From positions 27,655 through 91,654 of the forward strand of contig NZ_NZMB01000018.1 in the NCBI RefSeq assembly GCF_002694385.1: DNA of 64,000 nt. The letters run 5' to 3'. Shown here piece after piece: positions 38,109 through 47,768 of the stretch (position 1 is its first letter; each line of letters begins with the position of its first letter). Both the position numbers and the translations under genes were made by a program. The notes below the pieces were generated by a model. That model did no database searches. It had not been told where the DNA came from and worked only from the letters and a program-made list of their open reading frames with translations. The stretch comes from Sneathiella sp. (GTDB lineage Bacteria > Pseudomonadota > Alphaproteobacteria > Sneathiellales > Sneathiellaceae).

Positions 38109-38885
38109 ATGGAGCGGAACTTCCTCGCCACCATCGGACGGGTCTTCATCGCCTTCATGGCGGCGGTCGGCCGCATCGCCATTTTCACCGCGCAGGCACT
38201 GCGCCATTGCTTCGCGCCGCCCTTCTATCTGCGCCTGATCGGCAAGCAGATGATGGATATCGGCTATTATTCCCTGCCGGTCGTCGGCATGACGGCGCTG
38301 TTCACCGGCATGGTGCTGGCGTTGCAGATCTATGTCGGCTCATCCCGCTTCAATGCGGAAAGTGCGGTGGCCACCATCGTCGTCATCGGCCTCACCCGGG
38401 AACTCGCGCCGGTGCTCTCCGGCCTGATGATCGCCGGGCGCGTCGGGGCCGCCATTGCCGCCGAAATCGGCACCATGCGGGTGACGGAGCAGATCGACGC
38501 TCTTGTCACGCTGTCCACCAACCCCTTCAAATATCTGGTCGCGCCGCGGCTGATTGCCGGGGTCATCACTCTGCCCATTCTGGTGCTGATCGCCGATATC
38601 ATCGGTGTTTCCGGCGGCTATCTGGTGGCGACGGAAAAGCTCGGCTTCAACGCCGGAACCTATTTGCAGAACACCTTTGATTTTCTGGAAACCAACGATG
38701 TTGTCTCCGGCCTTATCAAGGCCGGCGTGTTCGGCTTCATTGTCACGCTGATGGGCTGCTATCACGGTTTCAACTCAACCGGCGGGGCGCAGGGCGTGGG
38801 CAAGGCAACAACCAACGCCGTCGTGTCCTCATTCGTGCTTATCCTGATCAGCGACTATTTCCTCACCGTCCTGCTGATCGACTAG
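38109..38885 (+). CDS. mlaE: MlaE family ABC transporter permease
   Basis: 258 aa polytopic protein. TRELAPVLSGLMIAGRVGAAIAAEIGTMRVTEQIDAL is characteristic of MlaE/Ttg2B. Confidence 0.9.
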   Translation: MERNFLATIGRVFIAFMAAVGRIAIFTAQALRHCFAPPFYLRLIGKQMMDIGYYSLPVVGMTALFTGMVLALQIYVGSSRFNAESAVATIVVIGLTRELAPVLSGLMIAGRVGAAIAAEIGTMRVTEQIDALVTLSTNPFKYLVAPRLIAGVITLPILVLIADIIGVSGGYLVATEKLGFNAGTYLQNTFDFLETNDVVSGLIKAGVFGFIVTLMGCYHGFNSTGGAQGVGKATTNAVVSSFVLILISDYFLTVLLID

Positions 38886-38897
38886 GAGGCACGGGCC

Positions 38898-39674
38898 ATG
38901 AGCGAAACCCCGAAAATCGAACTTCGCAACGTCTGCAAGTCTTTCGGCAGGAAAGTCATTCTCGACAATCTGAATATTTCCATCGCGCCGGGGGAATCGC
39001 TGGTCGTCATTGGCGGGTCCGGGACCGGGAAGTCGGTGATGCTGAAATGCATCCTTGGCCTGCTGACGCCGGAAAGCGGGGAGATTTATATCGACGGCGA
39101 GGAAATCACCAATCAGCCCGCCCATGTGCGTGAAAAACTGCTACTGAAAACCGGAATGCTGTTTCAATATGCGGCTTTGTTTGACAGCCTGACGGTTTGG
39201 GAGAATGTCGCCTTCGGGCTTATTCAGGCGCATGGCATGAAGCGCGGCCCGGCGAAGGAGATCGCCATTGAAAAACTCGCCCTCGTCGGTCTTGCCGCCG
39301 ATGTCGCGAACAGGAAACCGGCGGAACTCTCCATGGGCATGCAGAAGCGCGTCGGCCTTGCCCGCGCCATTGCGGCGGACCCGGAGATCATTTTCTTTGA
39401 CGAGCCGACAACCGGCCTCGACCCGATCATGGGCGATGTCATCGACACGCTGATCCGCGACTGCACCAAGGCGCTGGGCGCAACCACGCTGACCATTTCC
39501 CATGACATGGAGGGCGCGCAAAAAATTGCAGACCGCATCGCCCTCCTCTATAAGGGGAATGTGGTCTGGTCCGGCCCCGCCGCAGAGATAAATACATGCG
39601 GCAATCCGTATGTGGAGCAGTTCGTGCATGGCGATGTGGACGGACCGATCAAGCTGGATATTCTGAAACCCTGA
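38898..39674 (+). CDS. mlaF: MlaF-type ABC transporter ATP-binding protein
   Basis: 258 aa. Walker A GGSGTGKS, signature LSMGMQKRVGLARA, Walker B IIFFDEPTTGLD. Confidence 0.9.
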   Translation: MSETPKIELRNVCKSFGRKVILDNLNISIAPGESLVVIGGSGTGKSVMLKCILGLLTPESGEIYIDGEEITNQPAHVREKLLLKTGMLFQYAALFDSLTVWENVAFGLIQAHGMKRGPAKEIAIEKLALVGLAADVANRKPAELSMGMQKRVGLARAIAADPEIIFFDEPTTGLDPIMGDVIDTLIRDCTKALGATTLTISHDMEGAQKIADRIALLYKGNVVWSGPAAEINTCGNPYVEQFVHGDVDGPIKLDILKP

Positions 39675-39744
39675 TTTCATGGGCACGCGTGCCCTCATTG
39701 ATGATGTAACGGCTCCGGCCGGCAATGGAGAGACGGAAGCCTCT

Positions 39745-41133
39745 ATGGCGCGAGAACGCGAACAATTCACCTGCCAGAACTGCGGCGAGACTTACCATAA
39801 ATGGCAAGGTCGCTGCGACGCGTGCGGGGAGTGGAACACGCTTCAGGCCTCCACGCCCGAGGCTGTCATCCCGAAGGGACTGAGCGAGGGCAAGGGCCGC
39901 ACGCTCACCTTCACCGCGCTCGATGCCGATATCTCCGATTACAAGCGCAACCTGAGCCATATCGGCGAGTTTGACCGTGTTCTGGGCGGGGGCTTCGTGC
40001 CCGGCTCCTCGATCCTCATCGGCGGCGATCCCGGCATTGGCAAATCCACCCTGCTGTTGCAGGCCGTGGCGCAGATGGCGATGAAGGGCGCGCCCTGCAT
40101 CTACATCTCCGGCGAGGAGGCGACGCAGCAAATCTCCATGCGCGCCGCCCGTCTTGGCCTTGCCTCCGCGCCGGTTCGCCTTGCCTCCGCCAACTCCATC
40201 CGCGATATCATCGCCAGCGTTGAAAAAGCAACTCCGATGCCGAGCCTGCTGGTCATCGATTCGATCCAGACCGTCTTTGCCGACAATCTGCCGAGTGCGC
40301 CCGGAACCGTTGCGCAGGTCAGGGCCAGCGCGCAGGAACTCATCCGCCTCGCCCGCAAGACCGGCACCAGCGTCATCCTTGTGGGTCACGTCACGAAGGA
40401 CGGACAGATCGCCGGTCCCCGGGTGCTGGAGCATATGGTCGATACCGTGCTCTATTTCGAAGGCGACCGCGGCCATCAGTTCCGCATCCTGCGCGCGGTC
40501 AAGAACCGCTTCGGCGCAACGGACGAGATCGGCGTGTTTGAAATGTCGGATGCGGGCCTGCGTGAGGTCTCTAACCCCTCCTCTCTTTTCATCTCAAGTC
40601 CGGACCGGACCATCAGCGGCGCCTCCGTTTTCGCCGGGATGGAAGGAAGCCGCCCGCTGCTCGTTGAAATTCAGGGCCTTGTCGCGCCGACCCCACAGGC
40701 GACGCCGCGCCGCGCCGTGGTCGGCTGGGACAGCGGACGGCTCGCCATGCTGCTGGCGGTGCTGGACACGCGCTGCGGCCTTTCCTTTTCAGGCAGCGAA
40801 GTGTATCTCAACGTGGCGGGAGGACTGCGCGTGCAGGAACCGGCGGCCGATCTGGCCGTTGCGGCTGCGCTCGTCTCCTCGGCCTCTGACATTCCGGTGC
40901 CGCCCGGCAGCCTGTTTTTCGGCGAAATCGGGCTTTCGGGGGAAATCCGCCCCGTCGGGCAGGCCGACGCCCGCCTGAAAGAAGCGGCAAAGCTCGGCTT
41001 CACCACAGCCGTCATCCCGGCGGGCAGCAAGGTGAAGGGGGCGAAGATGAAGATTATTGAAGTTGGGCACCTGCGGGAGATTGTCAGCCTGTTTACCGGC
41101 ACGGCAGCCCCCTCCCGCGCCGCCAGCGTATAG
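39745..41133 (+). CDS. radA: DNA repair protein RadA/Sms
   Basis: Start set at the ATG at 39745 (MAREREQFTCQNCGETYHKWQGRCDACGEWNTL zinc finger). Walker A GGDPGIGKST, KNRFG motif, Lon-like C-terminal domain. Confidence 0.95.
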   Translation: MAREREQFTCQNCGETYHKWQGRCDACGEWNTLQASTPEAVIPKGLSEGKGRTLTFTALDADISDYKRNLSHIGEFDRVLGGGFVPGSSILIGGDPGIGKSTLLLQAVAQMAMKGAPCIYISGEEATQQISMRAARLGLASAPVRLASANSIRDIIASVEKATPMPSLLVIDSIQTVFADNLPSAPGTVAQVRASAQELIRLARKTGTSVILVGHVTKDGQIAGPRVLEHMVDTVLYFEGDRGHQFRILRAVKNRFGATDEIGVFEMSDAGLREVSNPSSLFISSPDRTISGASVFAGMEGSRPLLVEIQGLVAPTPQATPRRAVVGWDSGRLAMLLAVLDTRCGLSFSGSEVYLNVAGGLRVQEPAADLAVAAALVSSASDIPVPPGSLFFGEIGLSGEIRPVGQADARLKEAAKLGFTTAVIPAGSKVKGAKMKIIEVGHLREIVSLFTGTAAPSRAASV

Positions 41134-41142
41134 GAGTAGCGT

Positions 41143-41841
41143 ATGGAAAACCTTCCCATTCAGGGCGCCGATATCGTTTTTCTGGTGATCCTGCTGATCT
41201 CCGCCCTGTTCGGTTTCCTGCGCGGTTTCGTGAAGGAAGTGCTGTCGGTGGCGGGCTGGGTCGGCGCGATTTTCCTCGGGCTATATCTGTTTCCCATCGC
41301 CCAGCCGCTGGCGCGACAGTTCATTCTCAACATGCTGATTGCAGATATTTTGACCGGGGCGGTGATTTTTATTCTCTCTCTCGTCATTTTGTCCTATATC
41401 AGCCATGCGATCTCGGAAAAGGTCAGGGCGTCGAGCCTCGGCGCACTGGATCGGTCGCTCGGTATCTTTTTCGGCATTGCGCGCGGGCTTGTCCTGCTCG
41501 GCATCGGCTGGCTGATTTTTGTCCAGTTCATTCCCGAAGAGGACCGGCCGCAATGGATTTTGCAGGCGAAGATGCTGCCGGTGATCGAGGCGAGCGGTGA
41601 ATTCGTTGCCCGGCTGCTACCGCCCGACATGCAGGAGAATCTGAATATCTCGAAGGAAAGCGACAAGGCCACTATGGACCGCTTGAAAGAGAAGTATGAC
41701 GGCCTGCCGGACAATGTGAAGGACGGGCTGAAAAACACGATGGAGGATGCGGTGAAAATCCTCGACAAGGGCTATGACGATCAGGCCCGCCAGCAGATGG
41801 AAAACCTGACCAAAAGCACCACACAGGACAAACCCAAATGA
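41143..41841 (+). CDS. cvpA: CvpA family membrane protein
   Basis: 232 aa with 4 N-terminal TM helices. It sits immediately upstream of purF with an ATGA overlap, the classic cvpA-purF pair. Confidence 0.85.
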   Translation: MENLPIQGADIVFLVILLISALFGFLRGFVKEVLSVAGWVGAIFLGLYLFPIAQPLARQFILNMLIADILTGAVIFILSLVILSYISHAISEKVRASSLGALDRSLGIFFGIARGLVLLGIGWLIFVQFIPEEDRPQWILQAKMLPVIEASGEFVARLLPPDMQENLNISKESDKATMDRLKEKYDGLPDNVKDGLKNTMEDAVKILDKGYDDQARQQMENLTKSTTQDKPK

Positions 41842-43313
41842 CAGACCGTTCCGCCCCCCAGGAGCTGCGCAGTACCCCCTTTGATGACGACAAGCTGCAT
41901 GAGGAATGCGGCGTTTTCGGCATCTATGGCCATCCGGAAGCGGCCGCCCTCGTCGCCCTTGGCCTCCATGCCCTGCAACATCGCGGGCAGGAAGCCGCCG
42001 GGATCGTCAGCCATGACGGCCGCCACTTCCACAGCCACAAGGGCATGGGCAAGGTTGGCGATAATTTTTCGACCGAAGAAGTCATCAAAAGCCTGCAGGG
42101 CAACGCCGCCGTCGGCCATAACCGCTACGCCACCACTGGCGGCACCGTGCTCCGCAATGTGCAGCCCATCTTCGCCGATCTGGCAAATGGCGGCCTCGCC
42201 GTCGCCCATAACGGCAACCTGACCAATGCCTCCACCCTGCGCCGCCGCCTTGTGCTGGAGGGCAGCATCTTCCAGTCCACCATGGACACCGAAGTCATTA
42301 TCCATCTCATCGCCAACAGCAAAAAGACCCGTATCGTCGATTGCCTGGTCGATGCCATGTCGAAAATCTCCGGCGCCTATTCTCTCGTCGCGCTGACCAG
42401 CAAGAAACTGATCGGTATGCGCGATCCTTACGGTGTGCGGCCATTGGTGCTCGGCAAGCTCGACAATGCCTATATTCTCTCCTCTGAAAGTTGCGCGCTC
42501 GATATCATCGGCGCCGAATTTATCCGCGACGTCTCTCCGGGTGAGGTCGTGGTGATCGATGAGGGCGGGATCAGCTCGCATTTTCCCTTTTCCACACCGC
42601 CCAAGCGCTTCTGTATTTTCGAGCATATCTATTTCGCCCGGCCGGACAGCGTGGTGGAGGGTCGCTCCGTCTATGAGGTGCGAAAATCAATCGGCAGCGA
42701 GCTTGCGCGTGAAAATCCCGTCGACGCCGATCTCGTCATCCCCGTGCCCGACAGCGGCACCCCCGCCGCCATCGGCTATGCCCAGGAAAGCGGCATCCCC
42801 TTCGATCTCGGCATCATCCGCAACCATTATGTCGGCCGCACCTTTATTGAGCCGACGGACCAGATCCGCCATCTCGGCGTCAAGCTCAAGCATAACGCCA
42901 ACCGCAACATCATCGACGGCAAACGTGTTGTGCTGGTCGATGATTCCATCGTGCGCGGCACCACCTCGACTAAAATCGTGCAGATGGTGCGCGAGGCCGG
43001 CGCGCGTGAGGTGCATATGCGCATTGCCAGCCCGCCGACGACCCATAGCTGCTTCTATGGCGTCGATACGCCGAGCCGCAACAAGCTGCTGGCCGCGCAA
43101 TATGATCTCGCCGAAATGTGCGCCTTCATCGGCGCGGACAGCCTGTCCTTCATCTCCCTTGACGGGTTGTACCGGGCCATGGGCGAAAATGGCCGCAACG
43201 CAAAACAACCGCAATATTGCGATGCCTGCTTCACCGGCGATTACCCGATCGAATTGACAGACCATGAAACCGGGGCCGAGCGGGAGCTGACCCTGCTCGC
43301 CGAGCGTTTTTAA
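41838..43313 (+). CDS. purF: Amidophosphoribosyltransferase
   Basis: 491 aa. Ntn nucleophile context ECGVFGIYGH and PRPP-binding motif VVLVDDSIVRGTT. Confidence 0.96.
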   Translation: MTDRSAPQELRSTPFDDDKLHEECGVFGIYGHPEAAALVALGLHALQHRGQEAAGIVSHDGRHFHSHKGMGKVGDNFSTEEVIKSLQGNAAVGHNRYATTGGTVLRNVQPIFADLANGGLAVAHNGNLTNASTLRRRLVLEGSIFQSTMDTEVIIHLIANSKKTRIVDCLVDAMSKISGAYSLVALTSKKLIGMRDPYGVRPLVLGKLDNAYILSSESCALDIIGAEFIRDVSPGEVVVIDEGGISSHFPFSTPPKRFCIFEHIYFARPDSVVEGRSVYEVRKSIGSELARENPVDADLVIPVPDSGTPAAIGYAQESGIPFDLGIIRNHYVGRTFIEPTDQIRHLGVKLKHNANRNIIDGKRVVLVDDSIVRGTTSTKIVQMVREAGAREVHMRIASPPTTHSCFYGVDTPSRNKLLAAQYDLAEMCAFIGADSLSFISLDGLYRAMGENGRNAKQPQYCDACFTGDYPIELTDHETGAERELTLLAERF

Positions 43314-43337
43314 GAATTCAGAAGAAATATATTTCCT

Positions 43338-44039
43338 ATGTCCCAGAAGTTAAAAGATAAAGTTGCGCTGATCACGGGCGCCTCCAGCGGCATTGGCGCC
43401 GCCGTCGCCAAAAAATTCGCGGCGGAGGGCGCGCATGTCATCCTCGTGGCCCGCTCCGTCGGCGGGCTCGAAGAAGTCGATGATGAAATTCAGGAAGCGG
43501 GCGGCAGCGCGACGCTTGTCCCGCTGGATCTCACCGACACGGCGGCCATCGATGGCCTCGCCGCCCCGCTGTTCGAACGCTGGAAAAAGCTTGATATTCT
43601 GGTCGGTAATGCGGGCATGGTCGGCAAGCTGATGCCGATCCAGCAATATGTACCGGAGTTGTGGGACAGCGTGTTCAAGCTGAATGTGCATGCCAACTGG
43701 CGGCTGATCCGCGCGCTCGATCCCCTGCTCCGGGCGAGCGAGGCGGGCCGCGCCCTGTTTGTCACCGCCTCGGTCGCGCGGGAGACCAAACAGTTCTGGA
43801 GCGGCTATGCCGCCAGCAAGGCCGCGCTGGAGACAATCGCCAATACCTATGCGGCAGAGGTGCAGAAAACCAGTCGCCTGCGCGTCAACCTGATTGACCC
43901 CGGCCCCACACGCACCCGCCTGCGCGCCGTCGCCTATCCGGCGGAGGATGCCGCCCTGCTGCCGTCGCCCGAGAGCAAAACCCAGCTTTTCCTCGATGCC
44001 GTCCTCAGTGACGCGAATGGCACCCTCTTCACCGCCTGA
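43338..44039 (+). CDS. SDR family oxidoreductase
   Basis: 233 aa. TGASSGIGAAVA cofactor motif and YAASKAA catalytic motif. Confidence 0.88.
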   Translation: MSQKLKDKVALITGASSGIGAAVAKKFAAEGAHVILVARSVGGLEEVDDEIQEAGGSATLVPLDLTDTAAIDGLAAPLFERWKKLDILVGNAGMVGKLMPIQQYVPELWDSVFKLNVHANWRLIRALDPLLRASEAGRALFVTASVARETKQFWSGYAASKAALETIANTYAAEVQKTSRLRVNLIDPGPTRTRLRAVAYPAEDAALLPSPESKTQLFLDAVLSDANGTLFTA

Positions 44040-44082
44040 AACGGCAAAGACCGCGCCACCAGCAGCCCGCCCCTCCCCGCAT

Positions 44083-44126
44083 AAAAAAAGCCAATGCCCC
44101 CGCCGCGAACGACGGGTGGCATTGGC
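44083..44126 (-). terminator. Rho-independent terminator of the MlrC/peptide-ABC operon
   Basis: On the minus strand: GCCAATGCC, a 19-nt loop, GGCATTGGC, then TTTTTTT (arms 44118-44126 / 44090-44098, T-run 44083-44089). About 140 nt downstream of the MlrC-like stop. Confidence 0.6.
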
Positions 44127-44264
44127 CAGGAACGGGAGCGGCCGAGGATTTCAGGCGGCTCCCAGGGAGGCTCAACCAGAAAGGTACAGTCTCGCCTCTA
44201 AAACCGAATACCGGCGTAAAACGGGTAGCGATGCCCCAGCGGCGCCTCCGTCTTGCCGGGCATT

Positions 44265-45788
44265 CTAGGTCACGGTGTCGCGCACCGCATCGCGCAGGGC
44301 CATATTGGGACCAATCCGCACATGTTTCCGTAATTTGCGATAGGGCAGTTCGCGCGGATCGGCAATCACCGGTCCCGGCGACAGCGCCAGGATCACCCGC
44401 TCCGCCAGCGGCTCGAAATCCGCCCGGAAATGCACCGAACTCTTCACCGCAATAATCGACATCCTTTCCAGCTCCACCCCGAGATGGCGGAACAAGGCGG
44501 TATCCCCCGTCTGCACCGTCCTGCTGGAGATGGCGATTTTGACGCCGCCCTGTTCCAGCAGGGCACAAGGGCCAAGCTGCATCCGCGCGCCCCTCCACAT
44601 CGGCCCCGTGCCGACCACCTGACCATTGCCGAGCGCGAGCACGCGAAATGTTCCGTAAAAAGGCGTATCCCCGGCGAATTCCTTGCCTCCGATACCAATT
44701 TCAATGGTCGCCCCCACCCCCTCCTGAACCGCCATATTTGCCGCCTGCGCATCGGCGATAAAGCCGATAACCGCATTTTCCGCCCCGCATTCCACCAGAT
44801 GCCGGAGCAATCCGGTCGTATCCCCGGTGCCGCCCGCGCCCGGATTATCCTGGGCATCCGCTAGAACCACCGGCCTTAAAGCCGTGCGGCTGATCTCGAT
44901 GGCCTGTTCAACGGCGCGGCGGGCAGGCAGGCCCGGCTCGCTGAAACCCGCCTCCGCCAGATCCAGACACTGCTTGAAATCATCCACAGCCTGCTGGATC
45001 GCCTCAATTTTAAGGCCGTATGCAACGATGGCCGGGCCCGCCTCCTCTATATCGGAAAGGGCGAAACCGGCGGCGAAAGAGATATGGCATCCCCTTGGCA
45101 GGGCGGCGCGGATGGTGGCCAGATCGCGGAACAGCAAACTCAGGCACGGCTCCTGCGTCGTGCAGCCGAGCGACAGGGGAATGAGATAATCCGATTTCAC
45201 AAGCAGTTTCAGAAAGCGGTTTTCCTCGCGGATCAGATGCCCGAGGACATCCGCCGCCCGCCTGCCCGTTTCCGTCATATCCGTATGCGGATACTGCCGG
45301 TACACATCCAGATAGTCGGCATATTCCACCATCTGCTCGGTGATATTGGCGTGATAATCCAGGCTGGCCACAACCGGCACTTCCGATCCGACCCGCATCC
45401 TGACCCGGCGCAACAGCTCCCCTTCCGCATCGTCAAAATGTTCCGTCACCATCGCGCCATGCAGATCAAGGTAGACACCCGCAATCCCGTCCGCCTCCCC
45501 CAGCGCATCGAGCATCATTGTCGCAATCCGCTCATAGGCTTCCCGCGTCACCACGCCGCAGGGCACGGCAAAGGCCCAGCACAGCGGCACAATCTGGAAC
45601 TGCTGCGCCGTCAGGCTGTCAATGGCGCCGGTAATCGGCAGGTTAAAGCCGCGGGTTTTTTCGAACACTTCATCCCCGACACAGAGGCCGGGCCAATCCT
45701 TGGCGATTTCGAACGCCAGAAAATCGGCTTTCCGGCTCGCGAAGGTGTTTGTTTCATGCTGAAAACCCGCGACGGCAATCTTTTTCAT
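44265..45788 (-). CDS. M81 family metallopeptidase (MlrC-like)
   Basis: 507 aa. The N-terminus MKKIAVAGFQHETNTFA is typical of the DUF1485/MlrC family. It is the last gene of the peptide ABC operon (4-nt overlap with the upstream ATPase). Confidence 0.82.
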   Translation of the reverse strand: MKKIAVAGFQHETNTFASRKADFLAFEIAKDWPGLCVGDEVFEKTRGFNLPITGAIDSLTAQQFQIVPLCWAFAVPCGVVTREAYERIATMMLDALGEADGIAGVYLDLHGAMVTEHFDDAEGELLRRVRMRVGSEVPVVASLDYHANITEQMVEYADYLDVYRQYPHTDMTETGRRAADVLGHLIREENRFLKLLVKSDYLIPLSLGCTTQEPCLSLLFRDLATIRAALPRGCHISFAAGFALSDIEEAGPAIVAYGLKIEAIQQAVDDFKQCLDLAEAGFSEPGLPARRAVEQAIEISRTALRPVVLADAQDNPGAGGTGDTTGLLRHLVECGAENAVIGFIADAQAANMAVQEGVGATIEIGIGGKEFAGDTPFYGTFRVLALGNGQVVGTGPMWRGARMQLGPCALLEQGGVKIAISSRTVQTGDTALFRHLGVELERMSIIAVKSSVHFRADFEPLAERVILALSPGPVIADPRELPYRKLRKHVRIGPNMALRDAVRDTVT

Positions 45789-46780
45789 ATACGCATATCC
45801 TCGACGGCATGGCAGGCGACCTTCGCCATGTCATAGCCTTTGAGCACGGGCCGCTCACGCGTGCATTTTTCGGTCGCAAAAGCGCAACGCGGATGAAAGG
45901 CGCATCCGGACGGCGGGTTGATCGGATTGGGGACTTCCCCCTCCATCGGCTTGCGTTCCGTCCCGCCTTTCAAATCCGGGATGGTTTCCAGCAGCATCCG
46001 CGTATAGGGGTGCCGCGGCCTGCGGAACAATTCGGATTTCGGCGTAATTTCGCAAATACGGCCGAGATACATGACGCCGATCCAGTCCGACACATGGTCA
46101 ATCACCGCCAGGTCATGGCTGATGAACAGATAGGTGAGGCCCAGATCGTCCTGCAGCCGGGTCATCAGATTGAGGATCTGCGCCTGCACCGACACATCCA
46201 GCGCCGATGTCGGCTCGTCACAGATGAGAAACTCCGGCTTGCTGGAAAGGGCGCGCGCAATGGAGATGCGTTGCCGCTGGCCGCCTGAAAATTCATGCGG
46301 ATATTTCTCCCCGTCCCGCGGCGATAACCCGACCTGCAGCAGGAGCTGCGCCACCTGTTCGCGCTCATCCTCCTTGTTGTCGGCGAGGCCATAGGCGCGG
46401 ATCGGTTCGGCGATGATATCCCGCACCCGCCAGCGCGGATCAAGGCTGGCGTAGGGCGACTGAAACACCATCTGCATCCGCCGCGCGATATCGGACAGGC
46501 TGGATTTTTCCTTCTGCCCGGTCAGATTTTTTCCATCAATGAGGATTTCACCGGAGGTCGCGGCATTGAGGCCCGCGATGGTCCGCGCCACGGTCGATTT
46601 GCCGCAACCGGATTCGCCAACCAGCGAAAAGGTCTCCCCCCGCTTGATCGAAAAGGTCAACCCGTCCACCGCCTTCAGCACATGCTTGGGCAGCCTGTTC
46701 ATCAGGCGGGTGACCAGCGGCTTCGACACATCGAAATACATTTTCAGGTCGCGAACTTCCAAAATCGCCTGTTCAGACAT
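45785..46780 (-). CDS. Oligo/dipeptide ABC transporter ATP-binding protein (DppF/OppF-like)
   Basis: Walker A GESGCGKST, signature FSGGQRQR, and a C-terminal oligopeptide-type extension. Start set at the ATG at 46780, preceded by GGAGGG. Confidence 0.9.
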   Translation of the reverse strand: MSEQAILEVRDLKMYFDVSKPLVTRLMNRLPKHVLKAVDGLTFSIKRGETFSLVGESGCGKSTVARTIAGLNAATSGEILIDGKNLTGQKEKSSLSDIARRMQMVFQSPYASLDPRWRVRDIIAEPIRAYGLADNKEDEREQVAQLLLQVGLSPRDGEKYPHEFSGGQRQRISIARALSSKPEFLICDEPTSALDVSVQAQILNLMTRLQDDLGLTYLFISHDLAVIDHVSDWIGVMYLGRICEITPKSELFRRPRHPYTRMLLETIPDLKGGTERKPMEGEVPNPINPPSGCAFHPRCAFATEKCTRERPVLKGYDMAKVACHAVEDMRI

Positions 46781-47753
46781 ATTTGTGCCCTCCGTCATAA
46801 ATCCAGCATGCCGCCATCTGCCCGGCATTTTCCGTCGCCCTCAATGCCGCAATCTCTTCCCGGCACACCGGCTTGACCATTTTGCAACGGGGATTGAAGG
46901 CGCAGCCATCCGGCCGACCATCCAGCCGCGGCATGGCCCCTTCGATATTGGGCAGATATTTCAGATTCTGGCCGATTTGCGGGATCGAATCCATCAACCC
47001 CCGGGTATAGGGATGCTTCGGCGCGTCAATCACGCTTCTGACATCGCCGATTTCCACGAGACGCCCCGAATAGATCACCGCGACCCGATCCGCCGCCTCG
47101 GCGATCACCCCCATATCGTGGGTCACCAGCATGGTCGCCACGCCCTTGTCGCGGGACAGGTCTTTCAAAAGCGCGATAATCTGCGCCTGCACCGACACAT
47201 CGAGCGCCGTCGTCGGTTCATCGGCGATGATCAGGCTGGGATCACAGCACAGCGCCAGCGCAATGACGACCCGCTGCCGCATGCCGCCTGAAAACTCATG
47301 GGGGAAGGCGTCAAAACGCAGCTCCGGCGCCGGAATCCCCACTTCCGTCAGCAGCTCGATAGCGCGATCCTTTGCTTTGGAATAGGAAATATTCCGGTGC
47401 GTCAGAATGGTCTGGGTGAGCTGCTTTCCGACGGTGTAAAGCGGATTGAGGCTGGTCAGGGGGTCCTGGAAAATCACCCCGATTTCCGCCCCTCTGACAC
47501 GCCGCATCTCGTTTTCGGACAGATGGGTGATGTCCCGCCCTTTCAGGGTGATCTTGCCGCCGGAAACCCGCCCCGGCGGCTCCAGCAGGCCGACAATGGC
47601 GTTCCCGGTCAGGGATTTTCCCGCCCCGGATTCGCCGACGACGCCGAGAATTTCCCCCGCCTCAATCGAGAAGGACAAACCTTCGATGGCTTTCAGAATT
47701 CCCCGCCGCGTCGGGAATTCAATGCTCAGATTTTCAATATCGACAACAGACAT
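46773..47753 (-). CDS. Oligo/dipeptide ABC transporter ATP-binding protein (DppD/OppD-like)
   Basis: 326 aa. Walker A GESGAGKSL, signature FSGGMRQR. Confidence 0.9.
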   Translation of the reverse strand: MSVVDIENLSIEFPTRRGILKAIEGLSFSIEAGEILGVVGESGAGKSLTGNAIVGLLEPPGRVSGGKITLKGRDITHLSENEMRRVRGAEIGVIFQDPLTSLNPLYTVGKQLTQTILTHRNISYSKAKDRAIELLTEVGIPAPELRFDAFPHEFSGGMRQRVVIALALCCDPSLIIADEPTTALDVSVQAQIIALLKDLSRDKGVATMLVTHDMGVIAEAADRVAVIYSGRLVEIGDVRSVIDAPKHPYTRGLMDSIPQIGQNLKYLPNIEGAMPRLDGRPDGCAFNPRCKMVKPVCREEIAALRATENAGQMAACWIYDGGHKYV

Positions 47754-47768
47754 AACGCCCCCTCTCCG

